From contig CAVWVQ010000003.1 of NCBI GenBank assembly GCA_963758525.1, positions 4,256,001 to 4,320,000 of the forward strand: DNA of 64,000 nucleotides. The letters are read 5' to 3'. This document shows, piece after piece, positions 33,857 to 44,586 of this stretch; within the stretch, counting starts at the first letter, position 1; every line of letters starts with the position of its first letter. Made by a program: the position numbers and the translations under genes. The notes beneath the pieces are model-generated. The model worked only from the letters and a program-made list of their open reading frames with translations. It did no database searches and was not told the origin of the DNA. This stretch comes from an uncultured Phycisphaerales bacterium. Its GTDB lineage: Bacteria > Planctomycetota > Phycisphaerae > Tepidisphaerales > Tepidisphaeraceae.

Positions 33857-34306
33857 ATGGAGATCCAGACAACGCGTTTCGGACAGCTCTCGGTGGAAGA
33901 TGAACGGATCATGAGCCTGCCCAGCGGGCTGCTCGGATTCCCCAATCAAAACCGCTTCGCGCTGATTCAGACCGGAACGGAAAACTATTTCTTCTGGCTG
34001 CAGTCGCTCGACGACCCGAACCTCGCGTTCGTCGTCACCGACCCGACCATCTTCTTCAAGGACTACGACGTGCCGGTCCGCGAGGAGACGCAGCAGGAGC
34101 TGCAACTCACCGATCCCTCCTTCCTCCAGGTCTTTGTGATCTGCAACAAGGTCGGGGACTGGCTCACGGGAAATCTGCTCGGGCCGATCGTCGTCAACGC
34201 GGAAAACCGCCTGGCACAGCAGGTCGTTCTCACCGAGAAGAAGTGGACGACCCGCCAGCCTCTGCTCCGCCTCGCGGCGGAGCTGCCGTTGGCCAAATCT
34301 GCATAG
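33857..34306 (+). CDS. fliW: Flagellar assembly factor FliW
   Basis: MEIQTTRFG, GLLGF, FFWLQS..LAFVVTDP, TGNLLGPIVVN. Confidence 0.93.
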   Translation: MEIQTTRFGQLSVEDERIMSLPSGLLGFPNQNRFALIQTGTENYFFWLQSLDDPNLAFVVTDPTIFFKDYDVPVREETQQELQLTDPSFLQVFVICNKVGDWLTGNLLGPIVVNAENRLAQQVVLTEKKWTTRQPLLRLAAELPLAKSA

Positions 34307-34551
34307 GCTGCAGAGCGAATCACCGGGAGACGGCCCATCCTCCCGGCCTGCCCGCGCCGCACGCAATCCGTGCCGGCGGCGGCGCGGGATTTGTGCGAGG
34401 GCCGCGTCCACCAGGCTCTGTTGTTTCTTTGAGCCCGGTGGCGCCCCGCGAAACGGAAGTCGCGGGAACAAGGGCACGCGCCGCAATGCAGGCGCGGCCC
34501 GCGGGTTCGAGGGACGTTCCTCGAACCCCTTACCCAGGAAGGAGCCAGACA

Positions 34552-34803
34552 ATGTTAGTGCTCTCCAGGCAACGGGACGAGACAATCATGATCGGGGACA
34601 ACATCGAGGTCACCGTGGTCGATATCCGCGGCGACAAGGTGCGGCTGGGGATCAACGCCCCCAAGGAAATCAGTGTCCATCGCAAGGAAGTGTACGACGC
34701 CATCCGGCGCGAGAATCGCGCCGCGGCCCAGGTGAAGCCCGAGGACCTCTCCGGGCTCGGCAAGATGATGCCCAAGCCGCCGGACAAGGATCAGAAAAGG
34801 TGA
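34552..34803 (+). CDS. csrA: Carbon storage regulator CsrA
   Basis: MLVLSRQRDETIMIGDNIEVTVVDIRGDKVRLGINAPKEISVHRKEVY. Confidence 0.97.
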   Translation: MLVLSRQRDETIMIGDNIEVTVVDIRGDKVRLGINAPKEISVHRKEVYDAIRRENRAAAQVKPEDLSGLGKMMPKPPDKDQKR

Positions 34804-34945
34804 CACTCACGTGAGTGTCCGCGTCAGAAGAGTGATTCGGAACCATTTGTAAGCAAATTCGCCGTTTTTTCCGGGCCCCCGGATCGGGGCTCCTGCCGCC
34901 CGGGCATGTCGCCCGGGACGCCATTATCAATCATGGAGGATTGCT

Positions 34946-36376
34946 ATGGCCCGTATTAATACCAACGTCGCCTCTCTTATCGCCCAGCGCGGGCTGGCGC
35001 AGTCGCAAGGCGCTCTCAACACGTCGCTGCAACGCCTTTCGACAGGACTGAAGATCAACAGCGGCGCGGACGATCCCGCCGGGTTGATCGCCAGTGAAGG
35101 GCTGCGCAGCGAGATCTCTGGAATCAACCAGGGCATCAGCAACTCGCAGCAGGCCAGCAACGTCATCTCAACTGCCGAGGGCGCGCTGGGCGAGGTCGCC
35201 AATCTGCTGCTGACCGTAAAGGGGCTGGTCGTCCAGGCCGCCAACAGCGGCGCGCTCTCTCCGGACGAAATCGCCGCCAACCAATTGCAGGTCGACTCGG
35301 CCGTCCAGAGCATCACCCGCATCAGCAACACGACCACGTTCGCGGGGCTGCAGCTCATCAACGGCAACCTGGGCTACGTCACCAGCGGCGTCGACAACAC
35401 CAAGATCGACGCGCTGAACATCTCCCAGGCCGACTTCGGCACCAACTCAACGGTGCCCGTTGACGTCAACGTCCTCACCAGCGCGCGCACCGCCGCGCTG
35501 GAATACACCGCCAGCAGCGTCCCGACCTCCGTGACCCTGCAGGTCAGCGGAAACCTCGGAACCCAAACGCTGACGTTCACCAGCGGGACCACCGCCTCGG
35601 CAATCGCGTATGCCGTCAACAGCATCAGCGATTCAACTGGAGTCGCGGCAAAGCTTACCCAGGCCGGCTCCGTTGCTTCGGGTCTGACCTTCACCAGCAC
35701 CGATTTCGGGTCGAAGAATTTCGTCTCCGTCACGGCGCAGAAGGGGACTTTCAACACGGTTGACACTTCCGGCAATGCCAAGACAAGAGTTGTGGGTCAG
35801 GACGCGGTGGCCACCATCAACGGCGCGTTGACGACCGGCGATGGTCTGGACCTCAAGGTCAACACCAACGCCCTGGACCTGGACCTCACGCTCGACAAGT
35901 CGATCGGAATCGGCAAGACGAGCTTCGCCATCACCGGCGGCGGCGCGCTCTTCCAGCTTGGGCCGCAGGTGAGCAGCGGGCAGCAGGTCAGCATCGGCAT
36001 CCAATCCGTTGCCGCCAGCCAGCTCGGCAATTCGACGGTGGGATACCTCAACGACATCGTCACCGGCGGCGGCTCGACGCTCGTCGGCGGCCAGTCCGGG
36101 AAGGCCAGTCAGATCATCGAGCAGGCCATCACGCAGGTTGCCGATATTCGCGGACGCCTCGGCGCCTTCGAGGCAGACACGTTGAACACCAACGTCAACT
36201 CTCTGAACGTCGCGTTGGAGAACGTCACCAGCAGCGAAAGCCAGATTCGCGACGCGGATTTCGCCGCTGAAACGTCGAACCTGACCCGCGCTCAGATCCT
36301 GACCCAGGCCGGCACCAGCGTTCTAGCCACGGCGAACAGCACGCCGCAGCAAGTGTTGTCGTTGTTGCCGCATTAG
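34946..36376 (+). CDS. fliC: Flagellin
   Basis: MARINTNVASL..RLSTGLKINSGADDPAGL; IRDADFAAETSNLTRAQIL. Confidence 0.96.
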   Translation: MARINTNVASLIAQRGLAQSQGALNTSLQRLSTGLKINSGADDPAGLIASEGLRSEISGINQGISNSQQASNVISTAEGALGEVANLLLTVKGLVVQAANSGALSPDEIAANQLQVDSAVQSITRISNTTTFAGLQLINGNLGYVTSGVDNTKIDALNISQADFGTNSTVPVDVNVLTSARTAALEYTASSVPTSVTLQVSGNLGTQTLTFTSGTTASAIAYAVNSISDSTGVAAKLTQAGSVASGLTFTSTDFGSKNFVSVTAQKGTFNTVDTSGNAKTRVVGQDAVATINGALTTGDGLDLKVNTNALDLDLTLDKSIGIGKTSFAITGGGALFQLGPQVSSGQQVSIGIQSVAASQLGNSTVGYLNDIVTGGGSTLVGGQSGKASQIIEQAITQVADIRGRLGAFEADTLNTNVNSLNVALENVTSSESQIRDADFAAETSNLTRAQILTQAGTSVLATANSTPQQVLSLLPH

Positions 36377-36555
36377 GCGCCAAACTAGAGGACGGCGCGC
36401 TTCACCGGTACTCCTGCGGAGGAGGGGAGCCATTGATCTTACGGTGACGGTACGCCTCGAATACGATGAGGCGCCACGATCGCGGGCGGGACGATGTCGG
36501 GCACGACGCGGTAGCTGCTATTTAGGCACGACTCAAGGTCGTGATCGCACCTGGC

Positions 36556-37180
36556 AGGCTGTTAAGGTGACATCCATCTTTCTTGACGATGCTCATCCGC
36601 TGGATATATCATGCGACCATGCCCCGCACTTCTCGAGCAGCGATCGGCGGTCTGGCTTATCACGTTCTCAACTGCGGCAACGGCCGGCTGGAGATCTGGC
36701 GAGATACTTCGCCTGGCTGACCATCACGCACCTCAAGCGTTACCGTGCTCATTACCGTCGGACCAGCGGCCATCTGTATCAGGGCCGCTACAAGAGCTTT
36801 GTCGTCCCGGAGGACGGGCATTTGCTGACGCTGCTGCGTTGTGTGGAAGCCAATCCGTTGCGGGCGAAGATGCTGGAGCGGGCGCAGGACTGGCACTGGT
36901 GCAGCCTGGGCTGCGAGAAAGAGCTGGCACGAAAGCTGCTCGACGATTGGCCGATCAACCGTCCCCGGAACTGGACGGCGCTGGTCAACGAGCCGATCGA
37001 TCCCGCCGCTGCGAAACCGGTGGCGCTCAGCTTCGAGCGTGGCCGGCCGCTGGGCAGCGATCCTCGGACGCTTAAAATGGCCGGCCGAATGGGCCTGCAG
37101 CACACTCTGAATCCGCGAGGCAGGCCAAAATTGCGGAACGGTGACAAATAAAACGATGGATGTCACCTTAACAGCTTCCC
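36556..37180 (+). mobile_element. RAYT cassette copy 1, internally deleted
   Basis: Near-identical to 42072-42835 but lacks ~140 bp including the HUH motif; ends GCTGTTAAGGTGACATCCATC / GATGGATGTCACCTTAACAGC. Confidence 0.85.
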
Positions 37181-38227
37181 CATGTTGGGGAATCGTTTCG
37201 GATCGGGCTGGATTGCGTTCAACGGTCCGCCCCGCGCACCCTGCCAGGCATCATCGATATTGATGTAAGTCCATCCGTGATTCGCCAGCCCCGAGTCTGC
37301 CATCGCGTGCGCGGATCGCAGAATCTTGCTCTGATCGACGTTGCCGCCCCAGCAATTCCAACTGTTCCATCCCATCGGCGGCGTGAGTGCGATCTGCTCG
37401 CCGGCCACGATCTTGAATTTCAACTCCGCCGCCCCGTTTGCATTGGTGGCGCGAAAGGTGACGGGAAATTCGCCTGCGCTCGCCAGAGCGCCGCTCACCT
37501 GCCCGGTAGTTGCGTCGACGCGGAGGCCCGCCGGAAGGCTGTCACCAGAGAATGTCATTGGGCGATCGCCGGTTGCGGGGATCGTGTAGAGAAACGGGTG
37601 AGCGGGCCGCACCCCGAAGAGCGTCGGCCCATTGATTCGAGGCGTCCGCGGAGGCGGAGGGGTGAGGATGTTCAACGTCGATCCGGGTGGATCGACCGCG
37701 ACCGGCCGCGTTCCGTCGAACTCAATCTTCGCATCGGCCCAGTCGGCGTGGCAGAATTGGTTGCCGTCTCCAACGAGTGCAACGAGCAGCGTCAGAGCCT
37801 TCACTCCCGACAGATTGACGTCCGCTTCTTCGGCGGGCATCCCGGCAACGAACGCCTTGCTCTGCCAAAGCAGCTTGCCGTCGCCAACGACCTGAAATTG
37901 AACTGCGTCAGACGTTTTGCCCGCATCGTCGTCGATCCCGACCCAAGCCGTCAGTCCCTTCGCGGACCCCGCGAGATCGACGCAAAAAATGCCGGCCGCG
38001 TGCGTGCCCACGCCATGATCGAAATGTTTTCCGGCAATGGAAAGCGGGTGTCCGTCGACCGAGCGGTCCGCTTGAGCCGCGCCCCAGTCCTGTTGAACCT
38101 TGTGCAGATCAAGTTCGTCGAGCCAAACGGAATCAGAGGCGCCCATCGCCGTTGAACACAGCAGCGACATCGCAAGAAGCACGACGGGGAAACACTTTCC
38201 ACGAATCATTGATGGAGACATTACCAC
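37163..38227 (-). pseudogene. NPCBM + Ig + GH27 alpha-galactosidase, truncated at the C-terminus by the RAYT cassette
   Basis: GVGTHA..HADWADA (NPCBM), TPPMGWNSWN, YINIDDAWQG..RFP, then reads straight into the cassette end. Confidence 0.85.
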
Positions 38228-38430
38228 GGACCACTTGCTACTTCCCGGATAAGGATGCGTTGCACGCTGGAAACTGCGGCGGGGAGATCTGCGCGAATTT
38301 CCACGGCACCTTCTCGCTTATTCCTCGACCGAATTCGATTTAGAGATCCAACGCCAGGGCGGAAAGATAGACGTCGCAGCCGGGATTTGCCGGGACGGAA
38401 TCCCTGGACCTGCTGAGTTCCTGCTGGTCC

Positions 38431-39426
38431 TTACGGTTTCGAGCCCGAGGGTACGTTGCCAAGATTCGGATTCATCATTCTGGCATTTTCCAAGTCCTCC
38501 TGATCGTGCTTCAACTTCGCGTCTGCGTCAGCTGCTTGATCGTGCTGAACCCACACAATCGAAGCCGGCACCGCAATCAGCAGTGCGACCAGCGCGATCC
38601 ACCACCATAAGCGCGTTCTGACAAACAGCGCATCGGGACGGCCCAGAATGCGATCGCCAATAAGCACCCCGGCCATATGCACAATCACGACCGCCAGCAT
38701 CGAGACGGTCAACAGCGTTACGCTGTAAGCGGCCACGTCCACTCCCATGCCGCGCATGACGACGGCCGTGAGGATAAAAACACCCCAGAACGCGAGAATC
38801 AGAAGTCCCTTGGCAAGCGGCCCGACAAAAACCCCTTGCCATTTTTGCAGGTTGGACATTCGGCCGACTGATTCCGTGGCAATCGCGCCTTTGGGGAAGA
38901 GAATCTCGCAGGAATTGGGGTTTGCCGGGTCGTATATGACCGGAACCTGTTTGGTCCCCATCACCCTTCGAAGCAGTACTTCCGGGGTGTCACGCTTGAC
39001 CTTGTAGGTGAGCGGCCCGACTTGAAACGAATACGTGACGGGGCGAATGTCATGATTGGAAGCTGCACTGATTTTTACGATAGTCGCGATCGTCCGGACG
39101 CCGGTGCTTGAGAGTTTCCTGATCTTGGCGATCGCCAGCCAGATCAGGACGGGACCGGCGACGGTAACAACCAGCCCGAGCCAGAAATACGCCTGGGCCT
39201 TTCCCTCACTGGGTTGCGGGTCGGTTCCGAGCAGGTCGTGGTGAAACGCCGTCACGGCGATGAGCGGCACCCACGAAAGCGCCATCATGGCGGCAATGCC
39301 ATAGACCTTCCCAAGCAGTTTTCTCTTCAGCTCCGCCGAAGTGCCCACCTTTTCAATCATCGGAGGATAGTAATTTTCTTCTGACGCCTGGTCAATTGGA
39401 TCCTCCGATATCGTCGGAGATGGCAC
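38431..39426 (-). CDS. Membrane protein with DUF3592-like domain
   Basis: Several TMs; VTYSF..VPVIYDPANP. Confidence 0.6.
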   Translation of the reverse strand: MPSPTISEDPIDQASEENYYPPMIEKVGTSAELKRKLLGKVYGIAAMMALSWVPLIAVTAFHHDLLGTDPQPSEGKAQAYFWLGLVVTVAGPVLIWLAIAKIRKLSSTGVRTIATIVKISAASNHDIRPVTYSFQVGPLTYKVKRDTPEVLLRRVMGTKQVPVIYDPANPNSCEILFPKGAIATESVGRMSNLQKWQGVFVGPLAKGLLILAFWGVFILTAVVMRGMGVDVAAYSVTLLTVSMLAVVIVHMAGVLIGDRILGRPDALFVRTRLWWWIALVALLIAVPASIVWVQHDQAADADAKLKHDQEDLENARMMNPNLGNVPSGSKP

Positions 39427-40249
39427 GTCGATCGGCGGGCGTTACTGTAGAAATTACGCTAAGGCGGGTCGATCAAAATCCGGGAATCATTGATAAAGTG
39501 ATGGATCGACAGAAAGTGACGGTGCGCTCTGAGCAGTTCAACGCGTATTTTCAGAGGCGACTGGTTCGCCTGAAAACTGACTCGTGAGCTGCGAAGGGAG
39601 ACTCTGACGACGTTGCAGCCGTCCCCGCCGCTTAACGTTCCGAGCGAACATGGCGTCTGCGCCGCCCAGGATCAAAGGCGAGGTGATCCGCCGTACGCTT
39701 CCGGGGAACTCCTGCCGTGGGCGCCTGTTCCTGCGGTGCGGAAATTGCCATCGGCGGCCGACGCCGCGGGCATCGCGCGTTGAGGCCCGAAAGCACGCCA
39801 GATGCCGCTGTCGCGATCGACGCCAGTGGCGAAGGATGGCAAATCGCCCAGATGAGCGATGCCGCCAGAAGGATGTCAATAATCAAATTATTGCGACGCA
39901 TCGCGAGCCCCCGATCAGCGAGGTCGATTCGGTGCGCGATAACGGCGGACCATAATGCTCAATGCGGAGATGTCCCCAACGACAAAAAAACCGAGATACG
40001 ACTGCGCATGAAGTGCCACCGCGACCGGCAACAGCGCGATCGGCAACAATGCAAAAAAGATGCCGAGGTACAAAGCGTAGACCCTTGAATGCATATTAGA
40101 TCTCCATCGAAGTGACGTTGGTTTGATGCACCGGATTCGTCGGCGATTACTATTCAATCTACACCTCACTGGGGGCGCAACAATGGGGGAGATACATGAA
40201 ACGGCTGTCGGAGAAATCCCGAAAATAAGGCCCCCAAAGCGGACCGCCT

Positions 40250-40942
40250 CTATTCTCTGGTAGCGGGCGTTTCGCCACCGGCATATTGACTATATTGAAT
40301 AGCAACTTTCAGCAGGTCCCATCTGTCGTTGAGCCGAAGCTTTTTCTTGATCCGGGCTCGATACGTTTCGGCCGTCTTGAGACTCAGGAACATCGAGTCG
40401 GCAATCTCCTGAAGACTCATTCCTTGACCAATGCGGCAAAAAACATGCAGCTCTCGATCGCTGAGGCGTTCGGCAACCGGAACAGGACCGAGCGAGCGAT
40501 TTCCCGCTATGCGGTTCACGAGTCGGTCACTGATCGCAGCGCTGACGTGGACAATCCCGCTGTTGACGCGTCGAATTGCCTCGTGCAATTCGGGCGTCGT
40601 CGCCCGTTTCGTGAGATATCCGCTGGCGCCAGCACGTACAACTCGCTCGGCGTACACCAACTCGTTCAAATCTGAGAGAACCAACACACGTGCCTTGGGA
40701 AAATTGGCACACACTTCTCCCAAAACCTCGATGCCATCCTGCCATTCAAAGTTAATGTCCATGAGGATGACTGAGGGTACGCACGATCCAACGACCGTCC
40801 GGGCCTCTTGCAGCGTGGCAACGGCCCCGCAAACATGTGCGCCCAACTCCGCGTGTAGAGAATGAGCTAGCGCGTCTCGAAAGATAAGGTGATCATCGAG
40901 CAACATGAGTTGAATCGTCGGTGATGAACGGTACGGTTCCAT
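40250..40942 (-). CDS. NarL/LuxR family response regulator
   Basis: DDH, LMDI, GASGYLTK, LSDRELHVF..GQG..EIA..LSLKTAETYR. Confidence 0.9.
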   Translation of the reverse strand: MEPYRSSPTIQLMLLDDHLIFRDALAHSLHAELGAHVCGAVATLQEARTVVGSCVPSVILMDINFEWQDGIEVLGEVCANFPKARVLVLSDLNELVYAERVVRAGASGYLTKRATTPELHEAIRRVNSGIVHVSAAISDRLVNRIAGNRSLGPVPVAERLSDRELHVFCRIGQGMSLQEIADSMFLSLKTAETYRARIKKKLRLNDRWDLLKVAIQYSQYAGGETPATRE

Positions 40943-41524
40943 TTTCAGTCAAGTGAAATGTTCTCGACTTAGCACACCACTGAACTGTCACCCAAGTGAT
41001 TCTTAGCTTTTGGCTCGATTCAACCCCGGACGATAGTAATGGCCGTTTGTATAACCATGGATCCGCGACGATCTTGGATTTGGGCTGCGGTACGTGACCC
41101 GGTCATTCTGAAGTATGCGGCGAGCCCATTCGGGCAAGAATCCTTCCCGCGAAAAAGTCCAGGCCGCCCGTCAGACTGCCTGCCAGCCCGGTCCCAATAA
41201 GATTCGCTCGAAGTGAAGTCCCCAGGAGCTGCATCATCCAAGGCATTGGTCCATCCCCACACCGAACGGTGATGCATAACCTGCGTTTCGCCAAGCCCTG
41301 CTGGCACCCCTGCGCCAACGTACCGTATAGGCGTACGCATTGTGAAGATTCTGTTTCCGTTCTGCAATAGTAACGGGCCTGAAATAGTTGTCCGAAGAAC
41401 TTCGCAAAGGGTTGTGGGGGTCTGCCACTACAGGCACGTTTCTCGCGTAACGGTGTTTGGCGAAGCCCGGGTAAGAGAAGCGATGGCAAACGTGTGGCTT
41501 GACTTGACTAGTCCTTAAACAAGC

Positions 41525-41643
41525 GGGAGAACTAAAGGTGACGGGAGAACTAAAGGTGACGCGAACCTTTAGTTCTCCCAACAATCTTCAAGATCTTACG
41601 ACCTTTCTAAAGGGGAGAACTAAAGCTGACGCGGGAGAACTAA
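41525..41643. repeat. Array of GGGAGAACTAAAGGTGAC units
   Basis: Units at 41525, 41543, 41613 and 41633, plus an inverted copy at 41565-41579. Confidence 0.85.
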
Positions 41644-42071
41644 GGGACTGTAACAAAATAACTTAAACAATTGGTCTGCAATTTGCATGGCTATGGACGG
41701 TACGTACACGGAGGTGCGTAACGTGAGCATCACGGTTCAATTCAAGTATGATACACTGGCCGGTGCGATGAACGAACAGTTTCGACGGCGTTGGGCTGGC
41801 TGCGAGGCACTTGCAATGGGCCGGGGCGGCGTCAGTATCGTCGCGGCGGAGACAGGGATGTCGCGTAATACTGTTCTGCGGGGGATCGCGGAGATTCAGG
41901 AACATTTGCCGGAGTTGGCTGGCCGGATTGGCCAGGGACGCATTCGACGGCCCGGAGGCGGTCGTCGGACGCGCGCCACCGAGGATGCTTCGCTGCTGCC
42001 CGACTTGCAGGCTCTGCTGGAATCTTCGACGCGTGGCGATCCGACCAGTCCCTTGCTGTGGACCGCCAAGG
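41644..42071 (+). mobile_element. ISAzo13-family IS fragment (left end and transposase N-terminus)
   Basis: RRRWAGCEALAMGRGGVSIVA..GMSRNTV..RIRRPGGGR..RGDPTSPLLWTAK, cut by RAYT cassette copy 2; likely end GGGACTGTAACAAAATAA. Confidence 0.8.
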
Positions 42072-42835
42072 AGGCTGTTAAGGTGACATCCATCTTTCTT
42101 GACGATGCTCATCCGCTGGATATATCATGCGACCATGCCCCGCACTTCTCGAGCAGCGATCGGCGGTCTGGTTTATCACGTTCTCAACCGCGGCAACGGC
42201 CGGCTGGAGATCTTCCGCAAGCCGGGGGACTTCCTGGCGTTCCTCGATTTGATGGTCGACGCCAAGGAACGGGCGGAGATCGAAGTCTTCGGCTTCTGCC
42301 TGATGTCCAACCACTGGCACATGGTGGTGCGGCCGCGTCGGGATCAGGATCTGGCCAGGTACTTCTCCTGGCTGACCAACACGCACGTCAAGCGTTACCG
42401 TGCTCACTACCGGCGGACCAGCGGCCATCTGTATCAGGGCCGCTACAAAAGCTTTGTCGTCCAGGAGGACGGGCATTTGCTGACGCTGCTGCGTTATGTG
42501 GAAGCCAATCCGTTGCGGGCGAAGATGGTGGAGCGGGCGCAGGACTGGCACTGGTCCAGCCTCGGCTGCGAGAAAGAGCTGGCGCGAAAGCTGCTGGACG
42601 ATTGGCCGATCGACCGTCCCCGGAACTGGACGGCGCTGGTCAACGAGCCGATCGATCCCGCCGCTGTGAAACGAATGGCACTCAGCTTCGAGCGTGGCCG
42701 GCCGCTGGGCAGCGATCCTTGGACGCTTAAAATGGCCGGCCGAATGGGCCTGCAGCACACTCTGAATCCGCGAGGCAGGCCAAAATTGCGGAACGGTGAC
42801 AAATAAAACGATGGATGTCACCTTAACAGCTTCCC
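42072..42835 (+). mobile_element. RAYT cassette copy 2, intact, with 21-bp inverted ends
   Basis: IR at 42074-42094 and 42810-42830 around the transposase ORF. Confidence 0.85.
42135..42806 (+). CDS. REP-associated tyrosine transposase (Y1 HUH, IS200-like)
   Basis: MPRTSR..YHVLNRGN..FCLMSNHWH (HUH)..GHLYQGRYKS..RYVEANP..WSS. Confidence 0.9.
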   Translation: MPRTSRAAIGGLVYHVLNRGNGRLEIFRKPGDFLAFLDLMVDAKERAEIEVFGFCLMSNHWHMVVRPRRDQDLARYFSWLTNTHVKRYRAHYRRTSGHLYQGRYKSFVVQEDGHLLTLLRYVEANPLRAKMVERAQDWHWSSLGCEKELARKLLDDWPIDRPRNWTALVNEPIDPAAVKRMALSFERGRPLGSDPWTLKMAGRMGLQHTLNPRGRPKLRNGDK

Positions 42836-43317
42836 TAAAAGCCAATCAGCGTTGCAAGCAACCGAATCGCGCGCCGAACAGTAAGATCGACCCGCAGCAT
42901 CGCAACGATGGTTTGAGGAAGGCGCAAAAGCAAGGCGGCAAGATCGCTGAGACAATTGATAAGGATAATCAGAAACTCGATGAGCACGACCAAAATGAGG
43001 GGAAAAAGGCAGAGGACGACCAGAACGCAGCGAGAACTTCCGCTGACGAGTGGCAAGACTTGGAGGCGCAGATACAGCGCCTCCGGGACTACCAGAAGTC
43101 GCACCCCCTGCCACCTCCCAGACCAGCCCCAGCTCAGACTCCTAAGCCAAGTTCGTGGTTTGGGAATATTCGCGACTATCTGCATGACCACCTTCACGAA
43201 GATACGCCAGTTCTCAGAGGGGGCCAGCCGACTTTCCCGGGCGAGTGGAGCCCTGGATCTGGCACGGCTTGTCCGGATGCCGTCGGGATTCCTGATTTCA
43301 TCTTTGCACCAGCATAA
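42836..43317 (+). pseudogene. 5'-truncated ORF, possibly an orphan polymorphic-toxin C-terminus
   Basis: Reading frame starts inside the cassette end; lower GC; followed closely by a small TPR gene. Confidence 0.35.
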
Positions 43318-43322
43318 GTTAA

Positions 43323-43913
43323 ATGAGATCCATGGATTTACCGGACATCCTTAAACTCGCCCTTGATGCACGCAAACGGAGAAACGATGCGACGGCATGT
43401 GAATTGTTTTCGATCATGCACCTCGCGAACCCAGAAAATCAGCGCTACCAGTATTTTTACGGGGACAGCCTCCGCTTGCTTGCGCGGCATGCACAGGCCG
43501 AAAAGCAACTTCTTGCGTCCTACCGCCACGAGAATGCGAATCACTTCCTAGTCAGCATCGCGCTCGCACGACTTTGCGAAACCACCGGCCGGCTTTCGGA
43601 AGCTGAAGGATGGCTTCGAGTCGCAACGGAGTGCAAGCCCGACGATACCATTCCGTGGGTCTATCTAGGCAATTTCCTGTATAAGCAGGCCCGATCTCGC
43701 GAAGCAATCGAAGCGCTCAAGCACGGCATCGTAGCCAACGGTCCGCTGGACGAAGTTCACACTTGCATCGCCCTGTGCTATCGAAGTCTTGCGGAATACC
43801 GAGCGGCGAGAGAATCATGCATCGATGCGCTGCGGTATGACCCATCAAACGAGCCGGCTAAGGAACTTCTGGTTGATCTTGATGGGGTCATCGGCGTTAC
43901 TTCGAAGGAGTGA
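43323..43913 (+). CDS. TPR-repeat protein
   Basis: Repeated helical TPR patterns (YGDSLRLL..A, LARLCE..G..EA, LGNFLY, ALRYDP). Confidence 0.75.
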   Translation: MRSMDLPDILKLALDARKRRNDATACELFSIMHLANPENQRYQYFYGDSLRLLARHAQAEKQLLASYRHENANHFLVSIALARLCETTGRLSEAEGWLRVATECKPDDTIPWVYLGNFLYKQARSREAIEALKHGIVANGPLDEVHTCIALCYRSLAEYRAARESCIDALRYDPSNEPAKELLVDLDGVIGVTSKE

Positions 43914-43942
43914 ATTCGGATAGGGGGCCGTCGGCCTGCATA

Positions 43943-44065
43943 AAAACGTCTAACGAAAACGTCTGACGGGACGGGTCCAAATACCGAAACGTCTAACGGG
44001 ACGGAAACGTCTAACGGGACGGGTCCAAATACCGAAAAAAGTCTAACGGGAGGGGTCCAAATACC
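43943..44065 (+). repeat. Array of GAAACGTCTAACGGGACGGGTCCAAATACC units with variable 3' truncation
   Basis: Five head-to-tail units at about 43943, 43955, 43986, 44004 and 44034. Confidence 0.85.
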
Positions 44066-44331
44066 GAGTGACCGATTGACCCGGATTCGGTACCCAACGG
44101 CGTCGCTGATGCGGGGGAAGGTCTCTTTCGTGAATGGCAGTATGGATGGCCCACCGACCAAACCCGGCGTTTCCGGCCTGAACAAGGTATTGACCGGCGC
44201 GGTCGGCATCACCAAGGCGGCGTTGGTGAAGTAGTGGATAATTGATAGTGGCGAATGGATAGCGAACTGCGGGGCGCGGCTTAATTGGTCCGGATGATGA
44301 CGCGTGCGGAAGGTTCTGCGTGGATAACAGA

Positions 44332-44586
44332 ATGGATGGCCCAACGATCAAAGCCGGCGGCTCCGGCCTGAGGAAGGTGGTGACCGGCGCCGTCGGCATC
44401 ACCAAAGCGGCATTACACGTCGATCGCACCGATGAGGTGTTGATCAGAAAGCGTCGATCTCTCTGTACCGCCTGCCCAAATGCCAACGCTGGCTCGTCGA
44501 AGACCAGCCGATGCGTCGCCTGCTCCTGCTTCATCTGGCCCAAGACCGCCACCGCCTCGGAGAAATGTCCGATTAGTCGATGGTGA
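44332..44586 (+). CDS. Small Cys-rich protein (DUF6171-like)
   Basis: R..CTACP..C.ACSC..K...EKCP..RW; a truncated paralogous start lies at 44142-44234. Confidence 0.55.
   Translation: MDGPTIKAGGSGLRKVVTGAVGITKAALHVDRTDEVLIRKRRSLCTACPNANAGSSKTSRCVACSCFIWPKTATASEKCPISRW

Noticed and set aside
41687..42730. 347-aa ORF as a novel fusion transposase
   Set aside because: It is an ISAzo13 N-terminus reading out of frame into the RAYT cassette.
43943..44065. Possible mini-CRISPR
   Set aside because: Units abut directly with no unique spacers.
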